DNA from: an uncultured Nitrososphaerota archaeon | GTDB taxonomy: Archaea; Thermoproteota; Methanomethylicia; Methanomethylicales; Methanomethylicaceae | Direction: 5' to 3' | DNA length: 64,000 nt | Assembly: GCA_964617245.1 (NCBI GenBank) | Contig: CAZTWF010000106.1 | Span: forward strand, 25,811 to 89,810 | In this document: positions 19,763 through 31,072 of the stretch, piece after piece | How the letters are laid out: each line of letters starts with the position of its first letter | Position numbering within the stretch: the stretch's first letter is position 1 | Made by a program: the position numbers and the translations under genes | Notes under the pieces: generated by a model | Told to the model about the DNA's origin: nothing | Seen by the model: the letters and a program-made list of their open reading frames with translations, nothing else | The model's database searches: none

Positions 19763-20236
19763 TTGAGTACTTCATATAGACACGTAATAAGAATATTGGA
19801 TACAGATTTAAAAGGAGATGAAAAGTTAGCTTACGCTCTAGCTAGACTTAGGGGTATTGGTATAAATACCTCATATGCAGTTTTAAAAATTTGTAATATA
19901 GATCCAGAAATACGAGTAGGATATTTACAAGATAGTGATATAAAGAAAATTGAAGAAATTCTATCAAACTTACCATCATATTTACCTTCATATATGCTAA
20001 ATAGAAGAAAAGATTTACTAACAGGAAAAGACCTACATCTTCTTGGCTCAGATTTAGTACTTTCAATGAAAATGGACATAGATTTAATGAAAAAGATAAA
20101 ATGTTGGAAAGGAATTCGTCATGCACTTGGCTTAAAAGTACGTGGACAATGCACTAGAACTACTGGTAGATTTGGAACAACTGTTGGAGTTGTAAGAAAA
20201 TCTGTACAACAACAAAAGAAAGAAAAAGAAAAATAA
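19763..20236 (+). CDS. rps13: 30S ribosomal protein uS13
   Basis: LNRRKD, WKGIRHALGLKVRGQCTRTTGR. Confidence 0.98.
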   Translation: MSTSYRHVIRILDTDLKGDEKLAYALARLRGIGINTSYAVLKICNIDPEIRVGYLQDSDIKKIEEILSNLPSYLPSYMLNRRKDLLTGKDLHLLGSDLVLSMKMDIDLMKKIKCWKGIRHALGLKVRGQCTRTTGRFGTTVGVVRKSVQQQKKEKEK

Positions 20237-20245
20237 GGTGATAAA

Positions 20246-20734
20246 ATGGGAGATCCAAAGAAATGTAGAAGAAAATGGGAAGGTCCTCGTCATCCATGGA
20301 GAAAAGATGTATTAGAAAAAGAACTTATTTTATTAGGAAAATATGGATTAAGAAATAAGCGAGAATTATGGATTGCTAATTCAATACTCAGAGATATAAG
20401 AAGAAGAGCAATTGCAATATTAGGATTAGAAAAAAGTGAAAGAGAAAAAGAAGAAGAAATTTTGATAAATAGACTCTATAATATGGGAATAGTTGAAGAA
20501 AATGCTACACTTGATGATGTACTAGGTCTTACTATTGAAGATATATTAAAGAGACGATTACAATCAATTCTTGTTTCTCTAAATATTGCAAAAACACCAT
20601 ATCAAGCAAGACAACTTATTGTTCATGGTCATGTGTATATAGGTAGTAGACGTGTAACTATTCCAGGATATTTAGTAAGTAGGAAGGAAGAATCTATGAT
20701 AAAATGTTTATTACCAATTGAAAAGGTGACATAA
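20246..20734 (+). CDS. rps4: 30S ribosomal protein uS4
   Basis: [26 protein letters not shown]. Confidence 0.98.
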   Translation: MGDPKKCRRKWEGPRHPWRKDVLEKELILLGKYGLRNKRELWIANSILRDIRRRAIAILGLEKSEREKEEEILINRLYNMGIVEENATLDDVLGLTIEDILKRRLQSILVSLNIAKTPYQARQLIVHGHVYIGSRRVTIPGYLVSRKEESMIKCLLPIEKVT

Positions 20735-20735
20735 T

Positions 20736-21134
20736 ATGTCTTATTCTAAAAATTTGAGATGGGGCGTAGCTCATATTTATAGCTCATTTAATAATACTAT
20801 TGTACATATAACAGATATAACAGGTGCTGAGACTATTTCTATTCAATCTGGAGGTAGAATTGTTAAAGCAGATAGAGATAAACCTTCTCCATATGCTGCT
20901 ATGATGGCTGCAACTAGAGCAGCTCAGGAAGCTATGGAAAAAGGTATAAATGCAGTTCATATAAGAGTTAGAGCTCCAGGTGGTCATAAAAGTAAAACAC
21001 CAGGTCCTGGAGCTCAAGCTGCTATAAGAGCTCTTGCCAGAACAGGTCTTATTATTGGTAGAATTGAAGATGTTACTCCTACACCTCATGATACAACAAG
21101 AAGACCTGGAGGAAGAAGAGGCAGAAGAGTATAG
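20736..21134 (+). CDS. rps11: 30S ribosomal protein uS11
   Basis: [24 protein letters not shown]. Confidence 0.98.
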   Translation: MSYSKNLRWGVAHIYSSFNNTIVHITDITGAETISIQSGGRIVKADRDKPSPYAAMMAATRAAQEAMEKGINAVHIRVRAPGGHKSKTPGPGAQAAIRALARTGLIIGRIEDVTPTPHDTTRRPGGRRGRRV

Positions 21135-21145
21135 TGGGGATTATC

Positions 21146-21970
21146 ATGGAATTAGAATTTTCTAGTGACACTCAGCTACATCTAATATTTAAAGGAGCAG
21201 ATCTTGCATTTGTTAATGCTATTAGACGTATAATAATGGCAGATTTATTAATTCCTGCTATCGATAGGATCTACATTTTTGAAAATACGAGTATATTACA
21301 TGATGAAATATTAGCACATAGACTGAGTATGATTCCATTAAAAGGAGGAGAAGACTTAGTACCTCCTGATAAATGTAATTGTGGAGGAAAAGGTTGTTCA
21401 CAATGTGAAGTTATTCTTTCACTTGAAGTAGAAGCAAATGAGAATTTTACAACAGTATATTCTGGTAAATTAAAATCAGAAGGTTATGTATATCCAGTAA
21501 GTGATAATATCCCTATTGTTAAACTAAATGCAGGACAAAAAATTTCATTAGAGGCACATGCACGTTTAGGCAAAGGGAGAGATCATGCAAAATGGCAACC
21601 AGTCTCAGTTTGTGTTATTAAGTATCAACCTGTTATATTAATTAATGAAAAATGTGATCTTTGTGGTATATGTGTAGAACGTTGTCCTGAGAAAATACTT
21701 GAAGTAAAAGATAATAAACTCATTATAACATCTATTTGGAAATGTTCTTTATGTAAGATATGTGAAGAAGTATGTCCCAACTCAGCTATAAATGTAAGCT
21801 ATAATGATAATATATTACGACTCACAATAGAGAGTATTGGATCAAGATCAAATGAAGAACTCTTACTAATGGCATGTGAATACTTAATTAATAAGTGTAA
21901 GGAACTGAAAGAATCAATCAACTCTACTATAGAGGTTATGAATTATGGTAAAGAGAACATTACCAACTAA
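21146..21970 (+). CDS. rpoD: RNA polymerase subunit D (Rpo3) with ferredoxin-like domain
   Basis: FVNAIRR, DEILAHRL, HAKWQP, two CxxCxxCxxxCP motifs. Confidence 0.96.
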   Translation: MELEFSSDTQLHLIFKGADLAFVNAIRRIIMADLLIPAIDRIYIFENTSILHDEILAHRLSMIPLKGGEDLVPPDKCNCGGKGCSQCEVILSLEVEANENFTTVYSGKLKSEGYVYPVSDNIPIVKLNAGQKISLEAHARLGKGRDHAKWQPVSVCVIKYQPVILINEKCDLCGICVERCPEKILEVKDNKLIITSIWKCSLCKICEEVCPNSAINVSYNDNILRLTIESIGSRSNEELLLMACEYLINKCKELKESINSTIEVMNYGKENITN

Positions 21971-22310
21971 TCCTAGAATAAGAAGATTGATAAGACTATT
22001 AAGAAAAACATCAAGTAAGTATGATACGAAAATATGGAAGGCAATTGCTGAAGCTTTATGTATTCCTAGTAGAAAAAGAATTATTATAAATTTAAGTAAA
22101 ATAAATAGACTAGCAAAAGAAGGAGAATGTATAGTAATAGCAGGTAAGGTTCTAGGTTTTGGTAATCTTTCTAAAAAAGTTGATATTGCTGCATTATCAT
22201 TTAGCAAAACTGCAAAATCTAAGATAACTCAATCTGGTGGTAGAGCTTTATATCTAGAAGAGTTAATTTCTATAAATCCTAAGGGAAAAAATGTAAGAAT
22301 TTTGAGGTGA
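21945..22310 (+). CDS. rpl18e: 50S ribosomal protein eL18
   Basis: TNPRIRRLI, INLSKINR, GKVLGFG. Confidence 0.96.
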   Translation: MVKRTLPTNPRIRRLIRLLRKTSSKYDTKIWKAIAEALCIPSRKRIIINLSKINRLAKEGECIVIAGKVLGFGNLSKKVDIAALSFSKTAKSKITQSGGRALYLEELISINPKGKNVRILR

Positions 22311-22316
22311 TAATAA

Positions 22317-22754
22317 TTGTCAGAAATAATTTATATTGATGGTACAGATTTAAGATTAGGAAGAATGGCAAGTAAAATTGCCAAGCTTTTAATTAATGGA
22401 AATAAGGTTGTTGTGGTAAATGCTGAAAAGGTTGTTATATCTGGAAGGAGACAATCTATTATTAATGATTATAAAAGATGGTTGAGTATAAGAACTCTTA
22501 AGAATCCAGAAAAAGTTGGTCCAAAAAGACATAGATCTCCAGATAAAATTGTATACTATACTATAAGAGGAATGCTTCCAAAAAAACCATTAGGATTAAA
22601 GGCTTTAAAGAGATTGAAAGTATACATAGGCGTTCCTGATGAGCTAAAATCCATGAATTTTACTCAAATTGATGATGCTCATGTAAAATATCTTCGTGGT
22701 CCTTATGTTAGATTGGAAGAAATATCAAGAAGCTTAGGATGGGATGTTAAATGA
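22317..22754 (+). CDS. rpl13: 50S ribosomal protein uL13
   Basis: LGRMASKIAK, VNAEKVVISG, IRGMLP. Confidence 0.97.
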   Translation: MSEIIYIDGTDLRLGRMASKIAKLLINGNKVVVVNAEKVVISGRRQSIINDYKRWLSIRTLKNPEKVGPKRHRSPDKIVYYTIRGMLPKKPLGLKALKRLKVYIGVPDELKSMNFTQIDDAHVKYLRGPYVRLEEISRSLGWDVK

Positions 22755-23155
22755 GTGAAAAAATAGTTATGGTAAGTGGAAAAAGAAAGACAGCAATAGC
22801 TAGAGGTATTGGTTATCCAGGAAGTGGAAGAATTTTAATAAATGGAGTACCTTTAGAAATATATGAGCCAAGAATAGCAAGGATGAAAATTATGGAACCC
22901 TTATTGGTTGTAGGAAATGATTTAACTTCAAAATTAGATATTGAAGTAAATGTAAAAGGCGGAGGATTCATGGGACAAGCAGAAGCTGTAAGACAAGTGA
23001 TTGCAAAAATACTTAGTGAATTTGGTGGAGAGGCTATTAAGAAAAAGCTTATAGAATATGATCGAAGAATGCTTATAAGTGATCCAAGAAGAACTGAACC
23101 AAAAAAATTTGGTGGATATAGTGCAAGAAGAAAGAAACAAAAGTCTTATAGGTGA
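22751..23155 (+). CDS. rps9: 30S ribosomal protein uS9
   Basis: [24 protein letters not shown]. Confidence 0.98.
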   Translation: MSEKIVMVSGKRKTAIARGIGYPGSGRILINGVPLEIYEPRIARMKIMEPLLVVGNDLTSKLDIEVNVKGGGFMGQAEAVRQVIAKILSEFGGEAIKKKLIEYDRRMLISDPRRTEPKKFGGYSARRKKQKSYR

Positions 23156-23160
23156 AATAT

Positions 23161-23394
23161 ATGATTATTCCAGTAAGATGTTTTTCATGTGGAAAATTAA
23201 TTGGAGATAAATGGGAGGAATATAAGAAGGCAGTTAGTAGTGGTAAAGATCCAGCAAAGGTTCTTGATGCATTAGGAATTACAAGATATTGTTGTAGAAG
23301 AATGTTTCTTTCACATTTGGAATTAATAGATGAAATATTGGAATATCATGCTTATAGACAAGGAAAGATAAAAGATAAAATAAAAAATAAATAA
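23161..23394 (+). CDS. rpoN: RNA polymerase subunit N (Rpo10)
   Basis: [19 protein letters not shown]. Confidence 0.97.
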   Translation: MIIPVRCFSCGKLIGDKWEEYKKAVSSGKDPAKVLDALGITRYCCRRMFLSHLELIDEILEYHAYRQGKIKDKIKNK

Positions 23395-23427
23395 AGCTAT
23401 AGGAAGTTTTCATCATGGTGTTGTAAA

Positions 23428-24081
23428 ATGACAAGTATGGAATCTGTTGAACTTCTAGTTCCTATTGAAATTTATCTAGCAGCTGGTGTACATATAGGAA
23501 CTCATGTTAAAACTAATGATATGCGTCCATTTATATTTAGAACAAGACCAGATGGTCTACACATATTAGATGTTAGAAAAATTGATGAGAGAATAAGAAT
23601 AGCCTCAAAATTTATATCAAAATTTAAAGGTGAAAAAGTTTTAGCTGTTTCAGCAAGACAATATGGATTTAAACCTGTAGAAAAATTTGCATCAATAATA
23701 GGTGGAAAAGCAATTACAGGTAGATTCATACCTGGAACATTTACAAATCCCAAGCTCTCAACCTATATTGAACCACATGTACTAATTGTTACAGATCCAC
23801 GTGCAGATTGGCAAGCAATATTAGAAGCATCAAAAGTAGGCATACCAGTTATTGCTCTTTGTGATACAGATAATAGATGTCAATTAGTTGATCTTATAAT
23901 TCCAGTAAACAATAAGGGAAGAAAATCATTAGCTCTTGTATATTGGCTTTTAGCAAGACAAGTATTAAGAGAACGAGGAGAAATTACACCTACTGCAGAA
24001 TTACCTGTAACTATGGAGGATTTTGAATCCAAAGTACTTGTAAGTGAAGAAGAATATGGAGGATATGAAGTTGAAGAATAG
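23428..24081 (+). CDS. rps2: 30S ribosomal protein uS2
   Basis: [29 protein letters not shown]. Confidence 0.98.
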   Translation: MTSMESVELLVPIEIYLAAGVHIGTHVKTNDMRPFIFRTRPDGLHILDVRKIDERIRIASKFISKFKGEKVLAVSARQYGFKPVEKFASIIGGKAITGRFIPGTFTNPKLSTYIEPHVLIVTDPRADWQAILEASKVGIPVIALCDTDNRCQLVDLIIPVNNKGRKSLALVYWLLARQVLRERGEITPTAELPVTMEDFESKVLVSEEEYGGYEVEE

Positions 24082-24916
24082 AAATCCATGTGTTGCAGGA
24101 GTTTTTTATAATGGAGAAAAAGAACTTTTAAAAAAACAAATATCTTGGTGTTTTTTACATAAAGTTGGTCCTAGAATCTTACCTAGTGGTATAGTAAAAA
24201 ATGAAAGAGAAGTTATTTCTTTAATTTCACCACATGCAGGATATATATATTCTGGACCAGTAGCAGCTCATGGATATTATTATATATCAAGAGAACCAAT
24301 ACCAGAAGTAGTTGTAATTATTGGTCCAAATCATACAGGTATTGGTGCAGGTATAGCTATCTGGTGTGAAGGCGAATGGATTACTCCTTTAGGAAAAGTT
24401 GAAGTAGATTCAGAACTTGCTAATATGTTGATAAGAGAGGGAGTAGCAGAAAAAGATGAAACTGCACATATATATGAACATTCAATAGAAGTTCAAATAC
24501 CATTTCTTCAATTTATATATCAAAATAAATTTAAGATATTGCCTATATGTATGCTTCTTCAAGATTATGAAACTTCTTATGAATTGGGAAAAACTTTAGC
24601 AAAATTATTAATTAATAGATCAGCTTTAATGATTGCAAGTACTGATTTTTCACATTATGTATCTTATAATGAAGCCTATAAAAAAGACTCTTTAGCAATA
24701 GAATATATAACAAAAATGGATGCAAAATCACTTGAAAAAATTATTATAAAAGAAAATATAAGTATGTGTGGTCCAGGACCAGTAATGACCATATTAGAAG
24801 CATCAAAAAATCTTGGAGCAAGAGAATGTAAACGTTTATGTTATGCTACATCTGGAGATACTTCAGGTCCAAGAGATGAAGTTGTAGGATATGGCTCTTT
24901 AGTTATAATTAAGTGA
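24065..24916 (+). CDS. MEMO1/AmmeMemoRadiSam protein B family
   Basis: [36 protein letters not shown]. Confidence 0.93.
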   Translation: MKLKNRNPCVAGVFYNGEKELLKKQISWCFLHKVGPRILPSGIVKNEREVISLISPHAGYIYSGPVAAHGYYYISREPIPEVVVIIGPNHTGIGAGIAIWCEGEWITPLGKVEVDSELANMLIREGVAEKDETAHIYEHSIEVQIPFLQFIYQNKFKILPICMLLQDYETSYELGKTLAKLLINRSALMIASTDFSHYVSYNEAYKKDSLAIEYITKMDAKSLEKIIIKENISMCGPGPVMTILEASKNLGARECKRLCYATSGDTSGPRDEVVGYGSLVIIK

Positions 24917-24921
24917 TATTA

Positions 24922-25725
24922 ATGAATAAAATTAAATTAAGAATACCCTTCTCCTTACCTATTCTTGGAGAATCCTTTGTAGATATAAATAATCCAGTAG
25001 TACTTTCAACAATAAATTTTTTTACTGATGTGGAAGTCCTTTTTAAAAAATCATCTGAAATTCAATTACCTCTTTCTGACTCATCAATTAAAAGACTAAT
25101 AATAAATTATTTAAAAAAGAAAGAGATATTTTTGGAAATTAATGTTAATCCAACTAGTGATTTTTTTGTTTTAACTTCTTTATTTTATTTAATAGGAATA
25201 GAAGAAATTGAAAATGATATTTCTTTTTTTATTAATAAATTAAAAAATTCTGCCTTAATTACTCTTTTTAGAGTACTTACATCACTATCTGGTGGATTTA
25301 CAATATGTAGAAAAAATGAAGGAATTATTTCTATTGATGGAAATATTGATGCTTCTCTTCTTATCAATTTAAAGAATAAGAAGAAATCTCCTCTTAGATT
25401 AATAAAAAAATTTGAAAATAATTTTCCAGAACTTTATAATCCTTTAATACATACTATAGGACATATTGCTATAGAAGGTGGAAAAGCTATTAGAGATGGA
25501 ATGACAAAAAGACTTGGTGATTTAATGAATATAGAATCTATTTTATTATGTATATTTAATTTAATAAAACCAAAATCATTACCATTAATTAAAAATTCCT
25601 ATGGTGTAAAAATAATTGCATCAGGTGATATAACTGGGAGTATAATATTAATACCGAAAAGATTATCATATAAGGATTATCAAAGTTTTGATTTTATTGA
25701 TATAGGAGTGAGAGAAATTGAATAG
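24922..25725 (+). CDS. Highly degenerate mevalonate-kinase-like (GHMP fold) protein
   Basis: Occupies the mvk slot (MEMO1-x-ipk-fni); residual ILGE and LGDLMN; no PxGxGLGSS or GAGGGG motif. Confidence 0.6.
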   Translation: MNKIKLRIPFSLPILGESFVDINNPVVLSTINFFTDVEVLFKKSSEIQLPLSDSSIKRLIINYLKKKEIFLEINVNPTSDFFVLTSLFYLIGIEEIENDISFFINKLKNSALITLFRVLTSLSGGFTICRKNEGIISIDGNIDASLLINLKNKKKSPLRLIKKFENNFPELYNPLIHTIGHIAIEGGKAIRDGMTKRLGDLMNIESILLCIFNLIKPKSLPLIKNSYGVKIIASGDITGSIILIPKRLSYKDYQSFDFIDIGVREIE

Positions 25726-26482
25726 TATTGATTTTGTAATAAAGCTTGGAGGAAGTGCTATAACAATTAAGCAATCTCCACTTACTGCAAATATAAAAGT
25801 AATTGAAAATATTGCCTTTGAACTTTCTAATATTAAAAAACTTCCATCTATTATTATAGTCTATGGTGGAGGATCTTTTGGACATTTTATTGCAAATAAA
25901 TATATTCATAATAATAAAATAATCTCAAATATAGGAGTAGCTGAAATACATTCTGCTATGTTAACTCTTACAGAGATTATTACTTCATATTTTATTAAAT
26001 ATAAAGTTCCTATTTTTCCTATCAATTCCTCAAGTTGTTTTATTCTTTCTGATAATGAATTACAATCTTTTATTAAACCAATTGAATATTCACTAAATAA
26101 TAATTTAATACCTATTATTGGTGGAGATGTGGTATTGAGCAAAGAAGATGTAAAGATTTTATCAGGAGATAGAATAGCCTCTTTTCTTGCAAAAAAATTT
26201 AATGCAAAAATTTTAGCTTTTGGTACTAATGTAGATGGTATAATATTAGATGGTAAAATTTTACCTAAAATAAAATTAAATGATATAGAAAATATTATTC
26301 CAAAAATAAAAATTAATCAAGTTGATGTTACAGGAGGAATGATAAATAAATTATTAGAAATAAAAGATTATATATCCACTGGAGGGAGAAAAGCTATAAT
26401 ATTTAATATAACTCGTTTTGGAATGCTTACTAGATTATTATCAGGAGAAGAAAATATAGGCACAGAGGTTGATAAAGATTGA
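25718..26482 (+). CDS. ipk: Isopentenyl phosphate kinase
   Basis: IKLGGSAITIK, GGGSFGH, SGD, DVTGGM. Confidence 0.93.
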   Translation: MNSIDFVIKLGGSAITIKQSPLTANIKVIENIAFELSNIKKLPSIIIVYGGGSFGHFIANKYIHNNKIISNIGVAEIHSAMLTLTEIITSYFIKYKVPIFPINSSSCFILSDNELQSFIKPIEYSLNNNLIPIIGGDVVLSKEDVKILSGDRIASFLAKKFNAKILAFGTNVDGIILDGKILPKIKLNDIENIIPKIKINQVDVTGGMINKLLEIKDYISTGGRKAIIFNITRFGMLTRLLSGEENIGTEVDKD

Positions 26483-27570
26483 TATTTAATAGAAAATATT
26501 CTCATTTATTTATATGTAAAAATTATGATGTTTCATTTAGAAAAGGGCCTCATTTTGATGATATAGAATTAATACATTGTGCTTTACCAGAACTTAATTT
26601 AGAAGAAATTGATACTTCTACATCATTTCTTGGAAAAAAAATTTCAGCTCCAATATTAATATCAGCAATGACAGGAGGAAATCCAGAAGCAAAAAAGATA
26701 AATGAAAATCTTGCTAAAGCAGCTGATAAAATTGGTATTGGAATATGTGTTGGAAGTCAAAGAATTGCTATTGAAAATCCTCAACTTCAAGATACTTTTA
26801 CTATTGTAAGAGAAGTATCTAATGATATAATTGTTATTGCTAATATAGGAGGTGCTCAACTTTTACAAAAGAACTTTATAGAATATGCTGAAAAAGCAAT
26901 TTCTATGTTAAATGCTGATGCTTTAGCTATACATCTTAATCCATTACAAGAATTAATCCAACCTGGTGGTGATACAAGATTTAAAGGAATACTTAACGTC
27001 ATTAGTGATCTATCTAAATATATTAAGGTCCCAATTATTATTAAAGAAGTTGGTTGTGGTATTTCTAAAGAAGTAGCAGAAAAAATAATCAATTCTGGTA
27101 TATATGCTATAGATATTGCAGGAGCAGGAGGTACAAGTTGGGCTGCTGTAGAATATTATCATGCTATACAGACAGGAGAATTAGATAAATCTAAAATTGC
27201 TGAAACACTTTGGGACTGGGGCATTCCTACTGCTATGAGTATTTGTGAAGTTGTTTCACTAGAACCTAAAATAACTATAATTGCTTCTGGTGGAATAAGA
27301 AATGGTCTTCATATAGCAAAATCTATAGCTCTTGGAGCAGATTTAGTAGGTATTGCTAGACCATTATTATCATGTGCCTTATCTAGTAGTGAAATGGTAA
27401 TAGAGTATTTACAGAATTTAATTAATGAACTCAAAGTTATACTTTTGTTAACAGGATGTAAAAATATTAGACAATTAAAATCAGTACCAATTGTTATAAA
27501 AGGAGAATTACTTAATTGGATCACTCAAAGGAATTTAAAGGTGAGAGGATTTGATAGAGGAAAAACTTAA
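26479..27570 (+). CDS. fni: Type 2 IPP isomerase (FMN-dependent)
   Basis: ISAMTGG, VGSQR, HLNPLQE, KEVGCG, GGTSWAAVE. Confidence 0.97.
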   Translation: MIFNRKYSHLFICKNYDVSFRKGPHFDDIELIHCALPELNLEEIDTSTSFLGKKISAPILISAMTGGNPEAKKINENLAKAADKIGIGICVGSQRIAIENPQLQDTFTIVREVSNDIIVIANIGGAQLLQKNFIEYAEKAISMLNADALAIHLNPLQELIQPGGDTRFKGILNVISDLSKYIKVPIIIKEVGCGISKEVAEKIINSGIYAIDIAGAGGTSWAAVEYYHAIQTGELDKSKIAETLWDWGIPTAMSICEVVSLEPKITIIASGGIRNGLHIAKSIALGADLVGIARPLLSCALSSSEMVIEYLQNLINELKVILLLTGCKNIRQLKSVPIVIKGELLNWITQRNLKVRGFDRGKT

Positions 27571-28516
27571 AAAAATTTCATCATTATTAGACCCATTAAT
27601 AAAGGAATATATTAATGGATCTGATATACTTTACAAGGCAGCATTACATCTTCCAAGCCATGGAGGTAAAAGATTACGACCATTTCTTGTAATAAAATCT
27701 TGTGAAATAGTTGGTGGAGATATTAATTATGTTATTCCTGCAGCTATTGCTATAGAGTTATTACATAACTTTACACTTATTCATGATGATATTATGGATA
27801 ATGATCTATTAAGAAGAGGTGTACCTACAGTTCATACAATATGGGGCATTCCAATGGGCATACTTGCAGGTGATTTATTATTTGCTAAGGCCTTCTATAT
27901 ACTTCTATCTATGAAAGGAGATTATGAAAAATTAATAAAAGCAGCTGAAATTATGGCAAGGACTACTATAATAATATCAGAAGGTCAAAGTATGGATATG
28001 TCCTTTGAAAAAAGAAATAATGTTTCAGAAGAAGAGTATATGACTATGATATATAAAAAAACTGGAGCTTTATTTGAAGCAAGTGCAAAAATTGGTGCCA
28101 TATTAGGTGGAGGAGATGAAAAAACAATAGAATATCTAGGAAATTATGGTAAAAACTTAGGAATAGGTTTTCAAATATTTGATGATTATTTAGGACTTTT
28201 CTCAAAAGAAGAAATTCTTGGAAAACCAATTGGAAGTGATATAAGAGAAGGAAAGAAAACACTTTTTGTTATAAAATTATTAAATTCTTCATCAAGAGAT
28301 AAAATAGTTAATATTTTAGGTAAGAAAGATATCTCTAATGAAGATATTATTTCAATAATTCATCATATAAAAAATGAGAAAATAGATGAATATGTATTAA
28401 ATAAAGCAAAACTTCATATAGATTTAGCAATTTCTTCATTATCTATACTTCCAGATTCAGAAGCAAAAAATGATCTTATTGAATTAGCAAAATATGCAAT
28501 CTCTAGAATAAAATAG
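27551..28516 (+). CDS. idsA: Geranylgeranyl diphosphate synthase
   Basis: GGKRLRP, LIHDDIMD..RRG, FQIFDD, GSDIREGK. Confidence 0.93.
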   Translation: MIEEKLKKISSLLDPLIKEYINGSDILYKAALHLPSHGGKRLRPFLVIKSCEIVGGDINYVIPAAIAIELLHNFTLIHDDIMDNDLLRRGVPTVHTIWGIPMGILAGDLLFAKAFYILLSMKGDYEKLIKAAEIMARTTIIISEGQSMDMSFEKRNNVSEEEYMTMIYKKTGALFEASAKIGAILGGGDEKTIEYLGNYGKNLGIGFQIFDDYLGLFSKEEILGKPIGSDIREGKKTLFVIKLLNSSSRDKIVNILGKKDISNEDIISIIHHIKNEKIDEYVLNKAKLHIDLAISSLSILPDSEAKNDLIELAKYAISRIK

Positions 28517-28526
28517 TGATTATAAT

Positions 28527-30233
28527 ATGATTTCTGATGAAATACTTTTATTAATAAAAAAACATGTTATAATGAATGCTATAAAGTATGGTGGTAAAGC
28601 TGAATTTAAAGCAGTAATAGGTAAAATTCTATCTGAAAAACCAGAATTAAAGTCAATGATACAAGAAGTTTCAAAAATTACACAATCTATAATCTCAGAA
28701 ATCAATTCTATGAGTTTATTAGAACAACAAAATTTAGCAAAATCTCTTGGTATAAATATAATAAAGGAAAAACCAAAAAAAGAAGAACATGTCCTTCCTT
28801 CCCTTCCTAATGCTAATAAATATGAAATTATACGAGTGAGATTTGCACCAAATCCTGATTTTGCTATACATTTAGGTAATGCAAGAGCAGCAATACTCAA
28901 TGATGAATATGCAAAAATCTATCATGGTATTTATATATTAAGATTTGAAGACACATCTCCTTCAGTTAAACCACCTATGCTTGAAGCTTATGATGCAATT
29001 CGTGAAGATTTAAAATGGCTTGGAGTAAATTGGCATGAGGAATATATACAATCTGAGAGATTGCCTATATATTATGAGTATGCTGAGAAATTATTAGAGA
29101 TTGGTGGAGCATATATTTGTACATGTCCATCAGAGGAATTTCGAAAATTAGTTAATTCTAGTAAGCCATGTCCTTGTAGAGATCTGCCTATAGAAAAACA
29201 ACTTAAAAGATGGGAAGGTATGATAGATGGATCTATTAAGAAGGGAGAAGCTGTAATGAGAATAAAAACTGATTTAAATCATCCAAATCCAGCTATTAGA
29301 GAATGGCCTGCTATGCGTATAGATACGAAACCTCATCCTCTTCAAGGACAGAAATATAGAGTATGGCCTCTTTATAATTTTGCATGTGGAATTGACGATC
29401 ATTTAATGGAAATTACTCATATTTTACGTGGAAAAGAACATGAAATTAATACACAACGTCAAATTTATTTATACAAATATTTTAAATGGAAATATCCTGA
29501 AGTAATACATTATGGAAGATTAAAAATAGAAGGTACTATATTGAGTAAATCAAAAATGCGCCAGGGAATAGAAATGGGCTTATTTAAAGATTGGAGTGAT
29601 CCAAGATTAGGAACAATTGCTGCTTTAAGAAAAAGAGGATTTCTTCCAGAAACTATTCGAAGATTAATTCTTGAAGTAGGAGTTAAACCATCTGAAGCTA
29701 CTATTAGTTGGGATAATATTGAAGCAATAAATAGAAAATTACTAGATCCTATCACTAAAAGATTTGTTTTTATTCCAGAACCTAGTAAATTAGAAATTAA
29801 GGATTTAACAAAAGAATTTGAGGCAAGAATACCATTACATCCAGATCGTCCTGAATTAGGTAATATAATTTATAAAGTAGGGCCTTCGAATAATATTATA
29901 TTTGTTCCATTAAGAGATATATCTAACATAAAACTAGGATCTATATTTCGTCTTATGAATTTATTCAATGTAAAATTATTATCTTCATCAATCTGTATAT
30001 ATGTAGGTGAAAGTATTGAAGAAATAAGAAAAATTAATGCACCAATAATCCAATGGTTGCCTTATGGTACTGAATTATCTGTAGTAATGCATGATGGAAG
30101 TATTATAAATGGTATAGTTGATAAAAATATTTTAAATGAAAATTTACCAAATATATTTCAATTCTATAGATTTGGTTTTGTTAAGATATATAGAGAAGAT
30201 AATAAATTAAAAGGTTATTATACACACGATTAG
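28527..30233 (+). CDS. gltX: Glutamyl-tRNA synthetase
   Basis: RFAPNP..HLGN, LRFEDT, ITHILRGKEH, LSKS. Confidence 0.97.
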   Translation: MISDEILLLIKKHVIMNAIKYGGKAEFKAVIGKILSEKPELKSMIQEVSKITQSIISEINSMSLLEQQNLAKSLGINIIKEKPKKEEHVLPSLPNANKYEIIRVRFAPNPDFAIHLGNARAAILNDEYAKIYHGIYILRFEDTSPSVKPPMLEAYDAIREDLKWLGVNWHEEYIQSERLPIYYEYAEKLLEIGGAYICTCPSEEFRKLVNSSKPCPCRDLPIEKQLKRWEGMIDGSIKKGEAVMRIKTDLNHPNPAIREWPAMRIDTKPHPLQGQKYRVWPLYNFACGIDDHLMEITHILRGKEHEINTQRQIYLYKYFKWKYPEVIHYGRLKIEGTILSKSKMRQGIEMGLFKDWSDPRLGTIAALRKRGFLPETIRRLILEVGVKPSEATISWDNIEAINRKLLDPITKRFVFIPEPSKLEIKDLTKEFEARIPLHPDRPELGNIIYKVGPSNNIIFVPLRDISNIKLGSIFRLMNLFNVKLLSSSICIYVGESIEEIRKINAPIIQWLPYGTELSVVMHDGSIINGIVDKNILNENLPNIFQFYRFGFVKIYREDNKLKGYYTHD

Positions 30234-30308
30234 ACCAAAAAACTCATAAACCCCTTTGTTTTTGTTTTTTCTACTAATAAAAATGAACAATGAGAGGTCG
30301 AGGGATAA

Positions 30309-30803
30309 ATGTCTAAAACTCCTATATATGTAAGATTTAATGTACCTCCAGAATTAATGGAGCGTACATATGAGTGTGTAAGATTAGCAGCAGAATCTGG
30401 AAAGATAAAAAAAGGAGTAAATGAATCTACAAAGGCAGTAGAAAGAGGACTTGCAAAATTTCTTGTCATAGCTCAGGATGTAGATCCACAAGAAATTGTA
30501 GCACATTTACCTTTACTTGCTGAAGAGAAAAAAGTTCCCTATTCTTATGTAGACTCAAAAGTAAAACTTGGTCAATGTGCAGGAATTGAAGTAGCAGCCT
30601 CATCAGTAGTAGTTATTGATCCTGGTAAAGCCAAACCATTAATGGATGAAATTATAACAAAAGTTAATGAAATAAGAAAAGGTATAACAGCTGAAGTAGT
30701 AAAACCAGCACAAGAAGTAAAAGAAACAAAGCCAAAAGAAGAAGTAAAACCACAAGAAGAAAAGCCAAAGAAGAAAAAATCAGAAGGGTCACAGAAAAAA
30801 TAA
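30309..30803 (+). CDS. rpl7ae: L7Ae (eL8) with charged C-terminal extension
   Basis: [25 protein letters not shown]. Confidence 0.97.
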   Translation: MSKTPIYVRFNVPPELMERTYECVRLAAESGKIKKGVNESTKAVERGLAKFLVIAQDVDPQEIVAHLPLLAEEKKVPYSYVDSKVKLGQCAGIEVAASSVVVIDPGKAKPLMDEIITKVNEIRKGITAEVVKPAQEVKETKPKEEVKPQEEKPKKKKSEGSQKK

Positions 30804-30840
30804 AAAGAAATTATAGACTAAAACTTAAATGTGATAAAAT

Positions 30841-31059
30841 ATGAGTAGTGAGATAACTGAAGCCTATCCTGCAGAAGTTATTCAAATAATAGGAAGAACA
30901 GGAGTTACTGGTGAAGTTATACAAGTAAGAGTAAGAGTATTAGAAGGAAAAGATAAAGGAAGAATACTTACAAGAAATGTAAAAGGTCCTGTAAGAATAG
31001 GAGATATACTAATGTTAAAAGAAACAGAAAGAGAAGCCAAGAAACTAGTGCCAAGATAA
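30841..31059 (+). CDS. rps28e: 30S ribosomal protein eS28
   Basis: [25 protein letters not shown]. Confidence 0.97.
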   Translation: MSSEITEAYPAEVIQIIGRTGVTGEVIQVRVRVLEGKDKGRILTRNVKGPVRIGDILMLKETEREAKKLVPR

Positions 31060-31072
31060 ATTGGTGAATAAT

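Noticed and set aside
30270..30312. Possible k-turn autoregulatory leader of L7Ae (TGA/GGA motifs)
   Set aside because: Known in Sulfolobus, but I could not build a convincing k-turn pairing here.
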